Source: an uncultured Planctomycetia bacterium (GTDB lineage Bacteria > Omnitrophota > Gorgyraeia > 2-02-FULL-51-18 > JAGOUK01). From it: 64,000 nucleotides of DNA. The notes beneath the pieces are model-generated. The model had not been told where the DNA came from, made no database searches, and saw only the letters and a list, made by a program, of their open reading frames with translations. The stretch's first letter is position 1, and each line of letters opens with the position of its first letter. Shown in pieces: positions 46,068 through 54,845 of this stretch. Location of the stretch: assembly GCA_964430735.1 (NCBI GenBank), contig CAYSFB010000004.1, positions 168,040-232,039 of the forward strand. Direction: 5' to 3'. The translations under genes were made by a program, and so were the position numbers.

Positions 46068-48470
46068 ATGACCGAAAATTCTCCAGCCCGTAAGACACCC
46101 GCTCCCGCAATCCAAACCGCCAACCTCGGCTTTCCGAGAATCGGTCCCAACCGCGAATTGAAGCGCGCGCTCGAAAGCTACTGGAAGGCCGCATCGGACG
46201 AAAAATCGCTTCTGGAGACCGCGGCCTCCCTCCGGAAGACCTCCTGGAAACTTCAAAAAAAAGCCGGAATCGACCACATCCCGTCGAACGACTTCAGCCT
46301 TTACGATCACATGCTCGACATGATCTGTCTGGTCGGCGCAGTGCCGGAGCGCTTCGGCTTCAAAGGCAAGGAAGTCGGGCTGGACCTGTACTTCGCAATG
46401 GCGCGCGGAGCTCAGGAAAAGCCGGGTTCGTCCGCCAAATCCTCCGTGGCGATGGAGATGACCAAGTGGCTCGACACGAATTATCACTACATCGTCCCCG
46501 AGCTCATCGAGGACATGAAGTTCCGCCTCGCTTCCCGGAAAGTCTTCGACGAATACCGCGAAGCCCGGGCGATGGGCATTCAAACCCGCCCTGTGCTGGT
46601 GGGTCCGGTGACTTTTTTGAGCTTTGGCAAGGTCAAGGGGAGTAAGTTTGACCCGCTCACTCTCCTGGATGCCCTGCTGCCGGTCTACGTCGAGGCCTTG
46701 AAAGAGCTGGCCCGGCTGGGCGCCGAGTGGATTCAGATGGACGAGCCGGTGATGGTTCTCGAAACCGGCGACGCCGTCGGCCAGGCGCTGCAAAAAACCT
46801 ACGAAACGATCGCCCGGGAAGTTCCCGGTCTCCGGATCTGCCTTGCGACCTACTTTGAAGCCCTCGACAAAAACCTTCCGGCGGCGGTCCGGCTGCCGGT
46901 CGCGGCCCTGCATGTCGACCTGGTCCGCGGCCCGCAGCAGCTCAAAAAGCTCCTGTTGAGCGCACCCGCGGGACTGGCGCTGTCGCTCGGCGTCGTCGAC
47001 GGCCGCAACATCTGGAAAAACGACATTTCTCAAACGCTGCGCAACTTGCGCGAAGTGTTGTCTGAGCATGAGCCGCGCGCGCTCCAGATCGCCCCTTCCT
47101 GTTCGCTCATCCACGTGCCTTTGGATTTGTCCGCGGAGACGGCGTTGGACCCCGCGATCGCTTCCTGGATGTCGTATGCCCGGCAGAAGCTCGACGAGGT
47201 CAACGTGATTCGCCAGGGTTTGGCCAAAGGGGATAAGGGGATCCAGACATTTTTGGACGCGAACCGGGCCGCGATGGAGTCCCGCCGCAAGTCCTCCCGC
47301 ACGCGCGTCACATCGGTCCGCGACCGTGTCGCCTCGATCCGGCCGCGCGATTTTGCGCGCGGGCCGATGGAATCGCGCCGCGCATTGCAGAAAAAGCGGC
47401 TGGAGCTTCCGCTTTTTCCGACCACCACGATCGGATCCTTTCCCCAGACCCGCGAAATCCGTCATGCGCGCCGATCCTTTAAGAGCGGCGAATGGCCGGA
47501 GGAGCGTTACCGGGCATTCATGGAAAACAACATTCAGGAAGCCGTCCGGCTCCAGGAAGCGCTCGGCCTGGATGTCCTGGTTCACGGCGAGTTTGAGCGG
47601 AACGACATGGTCGAATATTTTGGCGAGCGACTGGAAGGGTTCGCGTTTACGCAGCACGGCTGGGTCCAGTCCTACGGATCGCGATGCGTCAAGCCGCCGG
47701 TCATTTTTGGCGACGTGCAGCGGCCGAGATCCATGACGGTCGAATGGTTCCGGTTCGCGCAGGCGCAAACGCATCTTCCGATGAAGGGGATGCTCACCGG
47801 GCCCGTCACGCTGCTCCAGTGGTCTTTTGTTCGCAACGACCAGCCGCGGCGGGAGACGGCGAAGCAGATCGCCCTCGCGATCCGGGATGAGGTCGCCGAC
47901 CTCGAAAAGGCGGGAGCCAAAATCATCCAGATCGACGAGGCCGCGTTCCGCGAAGGTCTGCCGCTCAAAAAAACCGACTGGCCGGAGTATCTGCGGTGGG
48001 CGGTGCAGGCGTTCCGCCTGTGTTCGAGCCCGGTGTCGGATCAAACCCAAATCCACACGCACATGTGCTACAGCGAGTTCGGCGACATCATCGAATCCAT
48101 CGCGGACATGAACGCCGACGTGATCTCGATCGAAACGTCCCGGTCCCAAATGGACCTGCTGGACACCTTCGCCCGGTTCAAATGCCCGGGCGATATCGGC
48201 CCGGGCGTATATGACATCCACTCGCCGCGCACTCCGGGCCCGGAGGAGATCAAGGAACTCATCGGGCAGGCGGCCCGCGTGATTCCGGTCGACCGGATCT
48301 GGGTCAATCCGGATTGCGGACTTAAGACCCGGAGCTGGGACGAAACCCGGCCCGCGCTTGAGAATATGGTCGCCGCCGCGCGTCAGCTCCGATTCGCCCA
48401 CGCCGCCAAGCCCCGCGCCCGCAGCGCCGTCAAAAAAGCGCTGGCCGCCGGCCGGAGTTCCGGGCAATGA
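46068..48470 (+). CDS. metE: Cobalamin-independent methionine synthase
   Basis: Two Meth_synt domains and C-terminal zinc ligands (H..C..E..C); 800 aa. Confidence 0.95.
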   Translation: MTENSPARKTPAPAIQTANLGFPRIGPNRELKRALESYWKAASDEKSLLETAASLRKTSWKLQKKAGIDHIPSNDFSLYDHMLDMICLVGAVPERFGFKGKEVGLDLYFAMARGAQEKPGSSAKSSVAMEMTKWLDTNYHYIVPELIEDMKFRLASRKVFDEYREARAMGIQTRPVLVGPVTFLSFGKVKGSKFDPLTLLDALLPVYVEALKELARLGAEWIQMDEPVMVLETGDAVGQALQKTYETIAREVPGLRICLATYFEALDKNLPAAVRLPVAALHVDLVRGPQQLKKLLLSAPAGLALSLGVVDGRNIWKNDISQTLRNLREVLSEHEPRALQIAPSCSLIHVPLDLSAETALDPAIASWMSYARQKLDEVNVIRQGLAKGDKGIQTFLDANRAAMESRRKSSRTRVTSVRDRVASIRPRDFARGPMESRRALQKKRLELPLFPTTTIGSFPQTREIRHARRSFKSGEWPEERYRAFMENNIQEAVRLQEALGLDVLVHGEFERNDMVEYFGERLEGFAFTQHGWVQSYGSRCVKPPVIFGDVQRPRSMTVEWFRFAQAQTHLPMKGMLTGPVTLLQWSFVRNDQPRRETAKQIALAIRDEVADLEKAGAKIIQIDEAAFREGLPLKKTDWPEYLRWAVQAFRLCSSPVSDQTQIHTHMCYSEFGDIIESIADMNADVISIETSRSQMDLLDTFARFKCPGDIGPGVYDIHSPRTPGPEEIKELIGQAARVIPVDRIWVNPDCGLKTRSWDETRPALENMVAAARQLRFAHAAKPRARSAVKKALAAGRSSGQ

Positions 48471-49123
48471 CCGACGCGCTGCCCAAGGACTTCAAGGTCG
48501 AGGCGCCCGAAGGCGCGTCCAGCGTCCTGCTGCATTCCTGCTGCGCCCCGTGCGCCGCGCCGCTCATGGAGCGCATCGTGGATTCCGGCATCAAGCTCGA
48601 AATTTATTTCTACAACCCGAACATCCATCCTCAAAAGGAATACCTGCTGCGCAAGGACGAGAACATCCGCTATGCCCAGAAGCTGGGGATCCCTTTCGTC
48701 GACGCGGATTACGATACGAAAAACTGGTTCGACAAGACCAAGGGGCATGAGAACGACCCTGAGCGCGGGGAGCGCTGCACCCTGTGCTTCGACATGCGGT
48801 TCGTCAAAACCGCCGCATACGCTAAAGAAAAAGGGTTCGGCGTGTTCACGTCGAGCCTGGGCATCTCCCGCTGGAAGGACTTTGACCAGATCACCCGCGC
48901 CGGCCAGCGCGCCGCGGCGCTTCATCCCGGCATGACGTATTGGGATTTGAACTGGCGCAAGGGCGGGGGCTCGAACCGGATGATCGACCTGGCCAAGGAA
49001 GAGAACTTTTATCAGCAGCAGTATTGCGGCTGCGTTTATTCCCTTCGGGACACCAACCGGCACCGTCAGGCGACCGGCCGCCCCCAGGTCGAGCTCGGCA
49101 AGGACTTTTACACCCCGGATTGA
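48467..49123 (+). CDS. queH: Epoxyqueuosine reductase QueH (DUF208)
   Basis: LLHSCCAPC motif and conserved Cys pattern; ATGA overlap with metE. Confidence 0.85.
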   Translation: MTDALPKDFKVEAPEGASSVLLHSCCAPCAAPLMERIVDSGIKLEIYFYNPNIHPQKEYLLRKDENIRYAQKLGIPFVDADYDTKNWFDKTKGHENDPERGERCTLCFDMRFVKTAAYAKEKGFGVFTSSLGISRWKDFDQITRAGQRAAALHPGMTYWDLNWRKGGGSNRMIDLAKEENFYQQQYCGCVYSLRDTNRHRQATGRPQVELGKDFYTPD

Positions 49124-49148
49124 GCTTCCGCCTGCCGGGTGGTAGACT
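49120..49148 (+). promoter_or_regulatory. sigma70-like promoter TTGAGC-17-TAGACT upstream of rnpB, overlapping the queH stop
   Basis: Read directly. Confidence 0.4.
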
Positions 49149-49164
49149 TGGGTGCGTTGAATAC

Positions 49165-49537
49165 CGGTCTGCGGGGCCGGGCGATCGCGGGCCTGTTCGG
49201 GCGTCTCAACCACGTCTGTTTCAGGCGCGAGGAAAGTCCGGGCTTCCGATGACGCGCAGCGGGTAACGCCCGCCATGCCCGAGAGGGCAGAGGATTAGAG
49301 CCACAGAGACGAGTCTTCCGGACCCGCAAGGGCACGGAAGGGTGAAACGCGGCAATCTCTGCGTGAAGCAAGACCAAGTAGGGGAAGAGTTCTGTCCGCA
49401 AGGACGGATGCGGCGGTCGTCGCCGGTAATTCCCGGGTGGGTCGCTTGAGGGCGGAAGCAATTCCGCTCCTAGATGGATGATCGCCAGCCGCCCGCGAGG
49501 GCGGACACAGAACCCGGCTTACAGGCCTCGCAGCAGG
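49165..49537 (+). ncRNA. rnpB: RNase P RNA (bacterial type A, M1 RNA); ends approximate (+/-10 nt)
   Basis: Conserved GAGGAAAGTCCGGGCTTC (P4 5' strand) and ACAGAACCCGGCTTA (P4 3' strand). P1 pairing of CTGCGGGGCC (49169-49178) with GGCCTCGCAG (49524-49533). Confidence 0.8.
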
Positions 49538-49548
49538 ATTCACGCTAA

Positions 49549-49583
49549 CCGGACCTCCGAAAGGGGGTCCGGTTATTTTTTTG
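49549..49583 (+). terminator. Rho-independent terminator (CCGGACCTCC-GAAA-GGGGGTCCGG followed by TTATTTTTTT)
   Basis: Hairpin plus U-tract immediately downstream of rnpB. Confidence 0.7.
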
Positions 49584-49659
49584 TCAGCATCTGATTAGCA
49601 AATGATAGGATTGATAAAATTATTGTCTTTTTATATAGAAAACCATATCATATACATGT

Positions 49660-51354
49660 ATGCAACTATCCAAAAGCGCATCCGAATCGCCAGCGAAGCC
49701 GGCTTCGCTCAGCCGCGCAGGGCTTTGGACCATCGCAGGTCTGTCAGCGTTGGTCTTCTTATTGCTCCATTTGTGGACGATGAACGCCCGCTTCCTGGAA
49801 TTCAAATGGGACGGCGTTTCGCTCGGTAATTTTTCCCACCTTCTTTGGAGTCTGGCACAGGGACTTCCGCCGGAGGGCGCCGCGGAGAGCCTGCTCGAAT
49901 GGTTCCGGATTCCCGCTATCTTGTATGTGTTGGCACCACTTTACCGGCTTTGGCCGGACCCGTTTTTTTTACCGATGGTGCAGGCGGCGGCGCTTGCGGT
50001 GGCGGCAGGAGCCGTGTTCGCGCTTGGCTCCCATTACCTGTCCCGTGTCCGCGCCCTCATTTTGACGCTATTGTTCTGTTTTTATCCCCCCGTGTATGCG
50101 ATGAGCTCGGCGAGTTTTCATCCGGCGATTCTGGCGGTGCCTTTTCTGATTCTGGCGATCGTCGCGGCGGTTCATCACAAACCCGCCGGAATTCTGGTCT
50201 GTGCGGCGCTGGCTTTGGCCTGTGATTTGCGTGCGGGTTTTTTGGCGCTCCCGATTCTGGTCTGGCTCGCGCGCTCGGATCGCGGCCACGCCGTTCGTTG
50301 GTGGATCGCATCGGGTCTGGTCGTTGCCGCCGGTATTTTGGGCTGGACGCCTCTCCGGATCCGTCAGGAGGGAATGGGGCCTGTGATTTTTTACGGAGCA
50401 CTCACGGCGCCGTATCTTTTTTGGGCGTTGTGTGCGCTGGAAAATTGGGCAGACCGGGTGCTGAGCAAGCGCTCGCTGCTGCTCGCTTTTTTGAGCCCTG
50501 TCTTTTTTGCCGGAGCGGTCTTCGCCAGCGCCATCATGTCGCCGGCGATGATGGATTCTCATCCCGGTGTCTCGCAGATGCCGGTTCGCAAGAGCGCGGT
50601 ACAGGCGTTGATCGACCGAATTCCGGCGGATGCGGAAGTGTTGACGACGCCCGTGTTTCTTCCCCGTTTTTCAAATCGTACGGACGTGGCGCTTCTGGGC
50701 GCCGGATCTTCCGGCTTACAGGATGCGCCGTCGACGGCGCCACGGTATGCGCTGGCCGATCTCGGCGGAGCCGGGGCCAAACTGGAACATGCCGCCGCGG
50801 CCGCCGCCGCGATTCAGCCGCTCCTCAAGCAGGGGTGGGCGCCGATCGAATCCATGGGCGGCGTCGTGCTCTTCAGCGAACGTCCCGGAGCCGCGGCCAA
50901 AACCCTCTATTCGACCGTGGACCTCGGGGAAGACAGGCCCTACCTTGTCTTCAGCGCCAAGGCAGCCGCCATCGAGCTTGTCGGTTTTACGATGACTCAG
51001 GACGAGAACAACGCCGACGTCATCCGATTTTCGTTTTATTGGCGCAAATGGAAGTCAGCCCGGGACATGTACGCGGTCCAGCTATCGGTCGTGGACGCGG
51101 AAGGTCAGGTCGTCTATTCAGTAAACCGCCTGCTGTGCTACGGACTTTACCGATTCGAAGATTGGAAGACGGGGGAGGCCGTGAAGGACGACTTCTCGTT
51201 CGTCGTGCCGGAGCATCTTAAAAATTCATCGTACGAAGTACGTCTGGAGCTTCAACGCCAGCCCGGCTTCGCCCCCGAACCGCTCGCCTCTCCGATCGAT
51301 GGCGCGACCGACCCGCAGGGCCGCGTCCGCCTGATAGCGCTCGATGCAATTTAA
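49660..51354 (+). CDS. Polytopic membrane protein (DUF2079-like, possible glycosyltransferase-fold) with a large C-terminal extracytoplasmic domain
   Basis: Multiple TM helices in the N-terminal 300 aa; AT-rich promoter region upstream. Confidence 0.45.
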   Translation: MQLSKSASESPAKPASLSRAGLWTIAGLSALVFLLLHLWTMNARFLEFKWDGVSLGNFSHLLWSLAQGLPPEGAAESLLEWFRIPAILYVLAPLYRLWPDPFFLPMVQAAALAVAAGAVFALGSHYLSRVRALILTLLFCFYPPVYAMSSASFHPAILAVPFLILAIVAAVHHKPAGILVCAALALACDLRAGFLALPILVWLARSDRGHAVRWWIASGLVVAAGILGWTPLRIRQEGMGPVIFYGALTAPYLFWALCALENWADRVLSKRSLLLAFLSPVFFAGAVFASAIMSPAMMDSHPGVSQMPVRKSAVQALIDRIPADAEVLTTPVFLPRFSNRTDVALLGAGSSGLQDAPSTAPRYALADLGGAGAKLEHAAAAAAAIQPLLKQGWAPIESMGGVVLFSERPGAAAKTLYSTVDLGEDRPYLVFSAKAAAIELVGFTMTQDENNADVIRFSFYWRKWKSARDMYAVQLSVVDAEGQVVYSVNRLLCYGLYRFEDWKTGEAVKDDFSFVVPEHLKNSSYEVRLELQRQPGFAPEPLASPIDGATDPQGRVRLIALDAI

Positions 51355-52306
51355 AGCCTTTTTACCCCTCATGCTCGTTGTTCTGTTCGCCTTCCCGGCG
51401 CTTGCTGATACGGTCCAGCTCAAAGACGGCGGGCAACTCAAGGGCCTGGTCGTGGAAGAGCACGAGGACCGGGTGATTTTGTCGACCGCGGACGGTGAGA
51501 TGCCGGTCATGCGGAAGCTGATCGACAAAGTCGATTACGATGACCCGGCCTACACGCTGCTCAGCATGGGACGCGAGCTGGAGCGGAACAAAAAATTGGG
51601 AGAAGCGCTGTCCTATTACGAAAAAGCGGCGCAGCTGAATCCCGAATTGAAGGAAGCGAAGACCGCCGCTGTCGGCGTCCGGAGCAAGATGTGGGCCGGA
51701 TTCACGGAGGGACCGACCAGCGAGATCCAGAAGCAGCAGGAGATCCAGGACGCCTGGCGCGCCGACACCACGATCGCCGACGAGTCCCGGCGCAACGAGG
51801 AGGAAGATGAGTCGCTGCTGTGGAAACGGATGGGGATCGAGCTGGCGCAAGACGGGGACTTCGTGCGGGTCGCGGACATCCGCATCGGCGGTTACGCGCA
51901 TCAGGCCGGAATCCGGAACGGGGATATCATCTATGCGATCGACGGACGCTCCATGCGCTATATCCAAAAGAGGACCGTGATTCAGGACGCGCTTAATCCG
52001 CGCTACGCGAGCATGACGATGGAGGTACGGCGCAAAATTCTTTTTCCCGCAAAGGTCGGCAAGACGGATCTCAAGAATCTGGGAATCGATCTCAAGCAGG
52101 ACTACAATGGCGTGCTGATCGGCCGCGTGAAAAACGGCAGCCCCTCCGACCGCTATGGCATGAAGTCGGGGGACCGGCTCATTCGTGTCGGAGAAAGCAG
52201 CACTCGCTACCTTCCTCTCAACAAAATCAGCGCAGCGTTCAAAGCGAATCAGGGAAGGGCGTTCGAAACTGAGACGTCCCGGACCCTTCAAATGGCAAGG
52301 CAATAA
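51344..52306 (+). CDS. Secreted protein with two PDZ domains
   Basis: Signal peptide and PDZ-like blocks (GDFVRVADIRIGGYAHQAGIRNGDIIYAIDG, GVLIGRVKNGSPSDRYGMKSGDRLIRVG). Confidence 0.6.
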   Translation: MQFKAFLPLMLVVLFAFPALADTVQLKDGGQLKGLVVEEHEDRVILSTADGEMPVMRKLIDKVDYDDPAYTLLSMGRELERNKKLGEALSYYEKAAQLNPELKEAKTAAVGVRSKMWAGFTEGPTSEIQKQQEIQDAWRADTTIADESRRNEEEDESLLWKRMGIELAQDGDFVRVADIRIGGYAHQAGIRNGDIIYAIDGRSMRYIQKRTVIQDALNPRYASMTMEVRRKILFPAKVGKTDLKNLGIDLKQDYNGVLIGRVKNGSPSDRYGMKSGDRLIRVGESSTRYLPLNKISAAFKANQGRAFETETSRTLQMARQ

Positions 52307-52307
52307 C

Positions 52308-52787
52308 ATGAGTCCCCGAAAAAAGTACCAGCGCAAACAAATCCTCGTTGTCAAAAAAATCCAGTTCCGCTTTGCCGGATTCGTAATCCTGCTGGCCGCC
52401 GGCACCGCGCTGGTCACGAGCCTGGCGGTCTTTTTCACGGTGTTGACCGTGCTTGGAGACAAATTGGCCGCCGTTTACCCGCAGGGGCGCCTGGAGCCGA
52501 TCGTTCGTTCGGCATACCTGTCATTCGTCGTGGTGTTCGCTGTTTCCGTTCCGATCATTTGTTATTTTGCGATCCGCTTTTCGCATAAAGTGGTCGGTCC
52601 GCTGCCCAAAATCTACCGCTACCTTGTTTCGGTCGGTCAGGGCGTGTATCCGGGCAAGCTCGTCCTGCGCGACGGCGATCATCTGATCGAGCTGGCTCAA
52701 GTCATCAACGAAATGTCCTCCGATCTCAAGTCGCACGGCGCGCTTCAAGAGCCGCCCCCTCCTCCCAAGACTTCCTACGACCTCTAA
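52308..52787 (+). CDS. Small membrane protein (2 TM), hypothetical
   Basis: ATG at 52308; hydrophobic segments; Pro-rich C-terminus. Confidence 0.5.
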   Translation: MSPRKKYQRKQILVVKKIQFRFAGFVILLAAGTALVTSLAVFFTVLTVLGDKLAAVYPQGRLEPIVRSAYLSFVVVFAVSVPIICYFAIRFSHKVVGPLPKIYRYLVSVGQGVYPGKLVLRDGDHLIELAQVINEMSSDLKSHGALQEPPPPPKTSYDL

Positions 52788-52810
52788 GAACCTGTTTTGT
52801 CCGCATTCGA

Positions 52811-52845
52811 AGGGCCGGCTTTTTTAGCCGGCCCTTTTCATTTTT
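52811..52845 (+). terminator. Rho-independent terminator (AGGGCCGGCT-TTTTT-AGCCGGCCCT followed by TTTCATTTTT)
   Basis: Read directly. Confidence 0.75.
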
Positions 52846-52873
52846 AGTTAACTTCTTTTAACAATTTTCTGTG

Positions 52874-52902
52874 TTGACACTGTGCGTGCCTAGTCCTATA
52901 AT
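52874..52902 (+). promoter_or_regulatory. Consensus sigma70 promoter TTGACA-17-TATAAT (Pmra) for the dcw cluster
   Basis: Exact consensus hexamers with 17-nt spacing. Confidence 0.7.
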
Positions 52903-52910
52903 GTGCCACA

Positions 52911-52940
52911 GAGTAGTGAAAAGTGGAGGAAAGTGGTGGA
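52911..52940 (+). promoter_or_regulatory. MraZ-box-like direct repeats (gAGTaGTGaa / AAGTGGAGGA / AAGTGGTGGA, 10-bp periodicity) in the mraZ 5' UTR
   Basis: Read directly; resembles the known MraZ operator repeats (GTGG / AAAGTG-type). Confidence 0.5.
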
Positions 52941-52948
52941 ATCCTTAA

Positions 52949-53398
52949 ATGTTCTACGGTGAGTATCAGCACTGCATCGACCGCAAAGGTCGGCTCATCA
53001 TTCCATCCAAGCTCAGAGAGGTCGCCAAGGAGCACTATGCTGAACGTTTTTTTGTTACCCGCGGGTTGGATCGCTGCCTATTTTTATTCACGGAAGACGA
53101 GTGGAGAACTCAGGAAAACAAGTTGAAGAACCTGTCGTTCGCGAAAAGCGAATACCGCAAGTTCAACCGCCTGTTTTTTTCGGGCGCGTGCGACGTGAAC
53201 TGCGATGCTCAGGGGAGGGTGCTCGTTCCTTCGTATCTCAAAGATTACGCTCAGATCAAGCGCGACGTGGTGCTCATCGGTGTATCGAACCGCATCGAAG
53301 TCTGGGCCAAGGAATTGTGGACGGCGTTTTATGACGCCTCGAAGGATCTGTATGAAGAAGCGGCCGAGAAACTGATGGACGAAGGGAAGACGGCGTGA
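52949..53398 (+). CDS. mraZ: Transcriptional regulator MraZ
   Basis: MFYGEYQHCIDRKGRLIIPSK and a duplicated MraZ fold (second DxxGR). Confidence 0.9.
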   Translation: MFYGEYQHCIDRKGRLIIPSKLREVAKEHYAERFFVTRGLDRCLFLFTEDEWRTQENKLKNLSFAKSEYRKFNRLFFSGACDVNCDAQGRVLVPSYLKDYAQIKRDVVLIGVSNRIEVWAKELWTAFYDASKDLYEEAAEKLMDEGKTA

Positions 53399-53585
53399 CC
53401 GCCTCCTCCGACGTGCCGCAACCCGGGACGCAGGAGAACGACGCGGCTCAGCGCGACCATCATTCGGTGCCCGAAGGCGTGATCCTCGAGAGATTCAAGC
53501 GCATGCAGACGCTTCCTCCGCACATGCGGAATCTGCAGGACGAGTTTTTCGTTCAGTCGTATCTGCGCAAAAAGCGCTTCGCTGT

Positions 53586-54491
53586 TTGACAGACGTTCGC
53601 GCGCCTCACGAGCCGGTCATGGCCGGCGAAGTCGTGGAGTGGCTTCAGCCCCGGGCCGGCGGGGTCTATGTGGATTGCACAGGCGGTTATGGCGGACACA
53701 CGAACGCGATTCGGGAACGGATGAGCGGAGACGGGAAGATCATCACAATAGATTGTGATCCCGTGGCTTACGAGTACTGTATAAAGCGTTTTGAGGCGTA
53801 CAAAAATATTGTTCGGTGTTACAATATTAACTTCGTAAAAATAGGCGAAGTGTTGCAAACCGAAGGAATTACGGCGGCCGACGGGATTCTCGTGGATTGC
53901 GGCGTGTCCTCGGTGCAGATCGACGATCCGGCAAGAGGTTTTTCGTTCCGATTCGCAGGACCTTTGGACATGCGGATGGACGCGCGGACTTCGCGGACGG
54001 CAGAAACGGCCTTGAGAGATTTGAGCGAATCGGAACTGGCCGATGTGATCTACCAGTACGGCGAAGAACGCAAGTCGCGGCGGATCGCGCGCGCGGTCAA
54101 AGAAGCCTGGAGACGCGGAGAGATACGGGATACGGGCCAACTGGCTGAGACGATCAAGCGCGCGCTGCCCGGCGGATACGAGCACGGCAGAATTCATCCG
54201 GCGACCCGGACCTTTCAGGCGCTGCGGATCTGGGTGAACGACGAGATCGTGAGATTGGAAAAATTTTTGAACGAAGCGGCGGGTTTGTTGAAACCCGGGG
54301 GAAGGCTGGCGGCGATCAGCTTCCACTCTCTTGAAGACCGCGTGATCAAGCACACATTCAGAAAAATCGCATCCGAAACCGGAGCCAACGTGTTGACGAA
54401 AAAGCCGATCGAACCAACCAGCGCGGAAGTTGAGCGCAACTCAAGAGCGCGGAGCGCCAAGCTCCGGGTCTTAGAATGGCAGGTGGCATGA
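53586..54491 (+). CDS. rsmH: 16S rRNA (cytosine1402-N4)-methyltransferase RsmH
   Basis: HEPVMAGEVVEWL, SAM-binding GGYGGH and DLGVSS-like motifs. TTG start; an alternative ATG lies at 53619. Confidence 0.9.
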   Translation: MTDVRAPHEPVMAGEVVEWLQPRAGGVYVDCTGGYGGHTNAIRERMSGDGKIITIDCDPVAYEYCIKRFEAYKNIVRCYNINFVKIGEVLQTEGITAADGILVDCGVSSVQIDDPARGFSFRFAGPLDMRMDARTSRTAETALRDLSESELADVIYQYGEERKSRRIARAVKEAWRRGEIRDTGQLAETIKRALPGGYEHGRIHPATRTFQALRIWVNDEIVRLEKFLNEAAGLLKPGGRLAAISFHSLEDRVIKHTFRKIASETGANVLTKKPIEPTSAEVERNSRARSAKLRVLEWQVA

Positions 54492-54838
54492 TGTCACGCT
54501 ATCTAATGATTCTGACCACGGTGACGTTCCTGGGCCTGGCGATCGTGTACGGTGAAGTCGAAGCCATGAAAACCGGCTACGAAATCCGTCAGCTCAGCAT
54601 TCAGAAGCGCGACCTGACCCATCGTCTCAAAGAGAGCGAGTTCCAGATCGCCTCGGTTACGTCGCCTGACAAGCTCGAAGAACGCATGGAATCCTACCGT
54701 GTGAAGCTCGCGAGTCCCAAGACTCTCCGGATCGCCCGGATCGGTTCGCCCGCATCCGGATCGGCCTCATCGGCACGCAACGCCTCGGCGCTGACGGGCT
54801 TCCTGGTCCCGACCGCTCAGGCCGACACCCCCCGCTAG
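54488..54838 (+). CDS. ftsL: Cell division protein FtsL
   Basis: Short bitopic protein with a coiled-coil. ATG 54488 forms an ATGA overlap with the rsmH stop (the track start at 54476 is also possible). Confidence 0.65.
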   Translation: MMSRYLMILTTVTFLGLAIVYGEVEAMKTGYEIRQLSIQKRDLTHRLKESEFQIASVTSPDKLEERMESYRVKLASPKTLRIARIGSPASGSASSARNASALTGFLVPTAQADTPR

Positions 54839-54845
54839 CGGACCC

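Noticed and set aside
49108-49543. Minus-strand ORFs 49108-49461 and 49295-49543
   Set aside because: They overlap the RNase P RNA gene, whose conserved P4 motifs and P1 pairing explain the conservation better than a protein does.
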